Shown: positions 59,600 through 64,000 of the stretch, piece after piece
How the letters are laid out: each line of letters begins with the position of its first letter
How positions within the stretch are numbered: the first letter of the stretch is position 1
Source of the DNA: the human T2T-CHM13v2.0 reference genome, Homo sapiens
NCBI RefSeq assembly: GCF_009914755.1
Contig: NC_060929.1
Direction: 5' to 3' (one strand)
Length of the DNA stretch: 64,000 bases
Notes under the pieces: generated by a model
What the model was told of the DNA's origin: nothing
The model's database searches: none
Seen by the model: only the letters and a program-made list of their open reading frames with translations
Program-made: the position numbers and the translations under genes

Positions 59600-60030
59600 T
59601 GCCAGTCTTTTGCTATAGGACTGTTTGTGGTGCCAGCATTGAAACCGCAAGTCATCTTCCCTCCATAGTCCACACCCACAGTGCCAGGGTTCTAGTTTCC
59701 AGTTTCAGGATGCATTCAGCTGGATCAAGAACTTTGACTCTTGTCAAGCAGTCTGAGTGCTGAATCTTTCTTGATTCTTGCAAATTTCTCATAATCTTTT
59801 ACCATGAACTCATTCACATGAAATTTGATGGCAGTGTTGTTTGCTTTTTAGCAGCTCAACTTTATTGAATCCTTCCACAGCCTTCAACTTAGTTTTCATT
59901 GAAATCTCGTCTTTTGTACTCATATTTTCTGTTTACGGACCAGTTAGTGAAATTTTGTAATTACACTATCGAGTGGGTTTGGGAAGAAACAGCTGAATCT
60001 TAGTAAATAAACAACTAAGTCGGTGGGAGC
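59600..60030 (-). mobile_element. TcMar-Tigger fossil (Tigger13-like) with a decayed transposase N-terminus
   Basis: Minus strand from ATG at 59923: ..MKTKLKAVEGFNKVELLK..., then LKLET..ALWVW, resembling the CENP-B/pogo HTH domains. Confidence 0.7.
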
Positions 60031-60939
60031 AGACCAGCTGAGGCTCTCAGGCACCTTAGGCATTAGTAAAGGGTGTTATTACAGGAGAGGGTGGGGAGTG
60101 TTGGTTAACCAAGTTGGTTGGTCAAGTAGAGGCTGGTTAGGAAAGCCCCTGTTATACCAAAGGCCTGAGATGGCCTGGATGGGATTAGCTTTGGCTGCAA
60201 GTAGCAGAAAACTCCCTCCAAATGATAAGAAGTTTGATGAGCTCTGAGTTGAGTCCTCTCTCAGATCCTGAGATAGGTGTCCCAGGGCAGTGTCAGGGAT
60301 CCTGGCTTTCTCCATCCTGTTGCCCTGCCTACCAGGCAGAGCTGCCTTGGTCCCTGGAAACTGGGCTTCTTACTGGTTGGCTGGGTCTGGCCCAGCCTTG
60401 GAGCTCAGTTCTGAGCACTGGACCCCATCTTCTTCTCTGGACTGGAAGATCCACTCCCGCCAGACCTGGTGACCTCCTGTGGGGTCGCCTTACTCCAAGC
60501 CCTGACCAGGTACCTACTTGGCTAAGGCTTGGAGCCCGGCTGTGAAGGGCTGAGAATCACCGAGGTTGAGCTCTGCAAGCCTGAACCCGGATGCTTCCGC
60601 ACAGAAAGGGCCTTGGATGCTGGGTTGAGATCTTTTGCCTTAAATGTTTTGGTGGGAGGCCCTTCCAATGGTCTGGTTTATCTCTGAGTTTAAGATGTTC
60701 TGTTCTTCTAGGCTGGGCTCAGAGCCCCTCTCTTCTGTCTACTTATTTTGTCTGGAGTTTAACTTTGTGTTTGTGGCTTTGAGTCTGATTTCAGATGATG
60801 CTGTAGGTATTTCTGTGGGGACTAAGATAAACTACTCTCCCCACTCTTCTCCTGGAAGCTTCTTTAGGTGATTTGTATTAATTTGGAAGACATGGAAAGA
60901 TTGGGTTTTTTTCATAAGGTAAGAGAGATGAATAAGTTA

Positions 60940-61420
60940 TCACTTTTTCATTGATGGGTGATAGAAACTCCAAGTGGCATGTAATCTAGAGAGGGAACGT
61001 ATTCACTCCCATAACTGGAGCACAGGGAATGCCTGCCTTCAGGCACAGCTGAATCCAAGTGCTTTAGTTATTTTATTGGGAATCTATCTCTGTCTGTTTC
61101 TTGGATCTGCCGTCCCTGCTCTGGCTTCTTTCTCAGGCAGGCCCTTTGCAGGTAGTGGCAAAGAGGGCTGCCAGCCTATTCAGAACAGAATCCAGCCAGC
61201 GCAGCCCCCTTGTCCAAATGCTCCTGCAGTTTCCTGGTATTTGCCATGACCCACCCAATCCAACCAGTTGTTGTAGCCATAGGATACTTTAATTGGCCCG
61301 GATGTGCTTCCCTGGATTGCCTGGGGGTAAGGGAAGGTCAGCTTCCCAGAGGAAACTCGGTGGGCTTCCACCCACTGGGAGGGGAATGGGTAAGAGGCAG
61401 GCCAAATAACAGAGGTGAGA
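60940..61420. mobile_element. Old MaLR LTR (MLT1-type)
   Basis: GCCTTCAGGCACAGCTGAATCCAAGTGCT, CTGGCTTCTTTCTCAGGCAGGC, CCAACCAGTTGTTGTAGCCA. Confidence 0.5.
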
Positions 61421-62177
61421 GAAGGAACAAAACATTTATAAAGTGAAATGGCTATGTGGGACTTCATAGGTATTTCCCACACTTCCTTCCTAGAAGGTAA
61501 GTAGAGGCGCAGGGTCATAATGTAGAGTAGGCCCCTTCTAATCAATTAGTAACAGCTGCTGAGGCTCTGTGTTGAGAAGGTTTGGGGCTTAGCAGGGTGT
61601 CGGGCTGGGATCAGTTAGTGGTATCGCCATGGAAAGAGGGAACAGTGAGCCCAGTGCTGTGCGCTTGTCACCCTAGCAGATCTCATTGCAGGTCTGCATT
61701 CCTGACAGCAGTTTAAGAAGAATAACTTGCCTCAGATCATCAAATACAACTTCTTATCAGTGAAGGAGGCACCAAGCTGGCAGTCGGGCAGGACTTAGGA
61801 TATCCAAGATGGCAGTCACAGGAGGTCAGTGCAGCCGGGTGGAGCCCAGACTCCCCACCATCCCAGGCCGACCTGAAGAGAGCCAGCATGGTCTGGCTGG
61901 CAGGGCAAGATCATTCCCCCAACAGAAACCACAAGCCATGATGACACTGGGATTAGGTGGCTGGTCAAAGTTGACAGAAAAGAATTGGGTGAGCCGGCAG
62001 GTTTAGAACTGAGGATATGGGTCAGGGGATGAGTTCACGAAGCATTGACCCTCCTAGAGCCCCAGTGTTCCCATCAGTCAAATGGGAATGCTGACCACTG
62101 GCCATCCGCTGCACCTTGGGAAGGTACTGATGAGAGCACAGCTGTGAATGTCACTTGGGAACTAGAAAGTGCTATAT

Positions 62178-62523
62178 CTGTGTCTCAGTCTGTTTCTGCT
62201 TCTGTAACAACATACCATAAACTGGGTGGCTTATACACAACAGAACTTTATTTCTCACAGTTCTGGAGGCTGGGAAGCCTAAGATCGAGGCACCGGCAGA
62301 TTTTGTATCTGGTGAGGACGCATTTCCTGGTTCGTAGATTGCAGCTTCTTGTATTCTCACAGGGTGGGAGGGGCAACCGAGCTTACTTGGGTCTGTTTTA
62401 TAAGGGTACGCATCCCATTCATGACCTCATCACCTCCCAGAGGCCTCGCCTCCTCATGGCCTCACCATGGGGGTAAGGATTTCAACATAAATTTGCGGGA
62501 TCACAAACATTCAGACCGTAGTA
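62178..62523 (-). mobile_element. ERVL-MaLR solo LTR (MLT1A/MSTD-like)
   Basis: CTGTAACAACATACCATAAACTGGGTGGCTTA..CTCACAGTTCTGGAGGCTGGGAAG..CACAAACATTCAGACC. Confidence 0.88.
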
Positions 62524-63637
62524 ATCTGTGACCACCACTCATGGATGTCTGATCCATGCCATGTTCCCAACCTGTGGTACTTTATCTTTGTAAGAACCCT
62601 AGGAGGCAGGATTGTTTTTATTATCCCCATTTTGTGACTAGAAACCTAGGTGGCAAGAAACAATGTCCTGATCTGAAAGGATCAGTGTTAACCGCAAAGC
62701 CAGTGCCCTTTTGCCTCCCTTGTCTAGGCTTCCTTCCATCTCAAGACAGTCCTTCTTTCTGCACTTTTCTCCCCTCTGGAAAGTCATTCACACGTATATT
62801 CCTTTATTTGTTCATTAAATGCTGAGTTCTGCGTGTTTCCCCCCTATGTGGATCTCAGAAATTTGATAAGTACAGAATTGTATCAAATGCTTGAGCAGGG
62901 TGTTCTCCAGAGGGCCTGTCTGGTTTTATGTTCTCTTTTCCAGAGGGGTCAGTGAGGACCAGAGGGGGGAGGTGACCCAATGAAGGACGCATAGTGAGTA
63001 CTGACAGACCCAGAACCCAAGCTGTCACTGCAGCCACCCCTCCGCCCCACCTCCTCCAGCTTCCTTCCACTCAGTAGTTCTGAGAATCTGCTCTGGACCA
63101 GGCACTAAGCTAGGTGATTTGCTGATTATAGCCAGGAAAGTAGAGCCACCAATTTTTCCTGAAGATGCATTCTTTCTTAAGCAGGGAATCAATTTCCAGC
63201 AAGATCACAAGCTTCCAATGAAGCCACTTATGTGAGTCTGGAGGAAACCCCATTAATCCACGGCCAGGGTTATTTATCTCCCTGGCTTGGGGCAGCCACA
63301 GTCCTTTCAGATGAGCGATGTGGTGTTGCTGGAGAAGGGGGGCCCACGGCAGGGGGTGAGCAGGCACGTTGAGGGGCCAGAGAGGCCCTACACACGGGCC
63401 GTACAAACAGTGTGTTTGGTCCCAGGTCTGTCCTTGCTCAGCCACAAACTTGCTGTATGACTTGGGCCATTCCCAACCCTTGCCTGAAGCTCCATTTCCC
63501 CACCTGCAGATGGGAATGAATGGTCTTGAATGTTCCTTCTCACTTTCGGAAGCAGGATGGTGAATGAGGATCCTGGCTTCACAGGGAGAGAAGAGACTTG
63601 GGTTTGAATCCAAGCTTCACCCTTTTGGGACCCTGGG

Positions 63638-64000
63638 TGTTATGGGTTGAATTGTATCCTCTCAAAAAAGGTGTGCTGAAGCCCTAAACCCCCAGTGCCT
63701 CAGAATGTGACCTCCTTGGAGCTAGGGTCTTCACAGAGATAATCAAGTTAAAATGAGGTCATTAGGGTGGGCCCTCATCCAGTATGGCTAGTGTCCTTAT
63801 CAAAAGGGGCAATTGGGGCACAGAGACAGATATGCATAGAGGGAAGAAAACATGAAAAAACAAGGAGAAAATGGTCATGTACAAGCCAAGGAGAAAGGCC
63901 TGGAACAGACTCTCAGAAGGAACCATTCCTGCAGACACCCTAATCTCAGACTTCTGTTGTTTAAGCTACCACCCAGTTGTGGTCCTTTGTTATGGAAGCC
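63638..64000 (+). mobile_element. ERVL-MaLR solo LTR (MLT1B-like), cut by window end
   Basis: TGTTATGGGTTGAATTGT..CCTCAGAATGTGACC..GTTAAAATGAGGTCATTAGGGTGGGCCCT. Confidence 0.9.

Overview
Primate (very likely human) genomic DNA, identified by dense Alu elements, an L1PA 3' fragment, MIR/L2, MaLR LTRs and hAT/Tigger DNA-transposon fossils. I see no convincing host protein-coding exon, CpG island, tRNA/rRNA or CRISPR array. The long ORFs in the track are Alu-, L1- or microsatellite-derived, or look like chance ORFs. The window reads as a large intron or intergenic regulatory region, and I cannot name the host gene. The most interesting signal is an old ~160-230 bp direct duplication 3,230 bp apart, in which both copies keep a polypyrimidine tract, a TTTTGCAG acceptor, an 18-nt frame-preserving cassette and a GTAGTT donor (candidate twin microexons). 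Also notable are two higher-order microsatellite arrays, a twin-primed L1, readable Charlie and Tigger transposase fossils, strong CTCF and RE1-like motifs, a muscle-type motif cluster and a G-quadruplex inside an Alu. Repeat subfamily names come from recalled consensus sequences, and boundaries are approximate unless TSDs are quoted.
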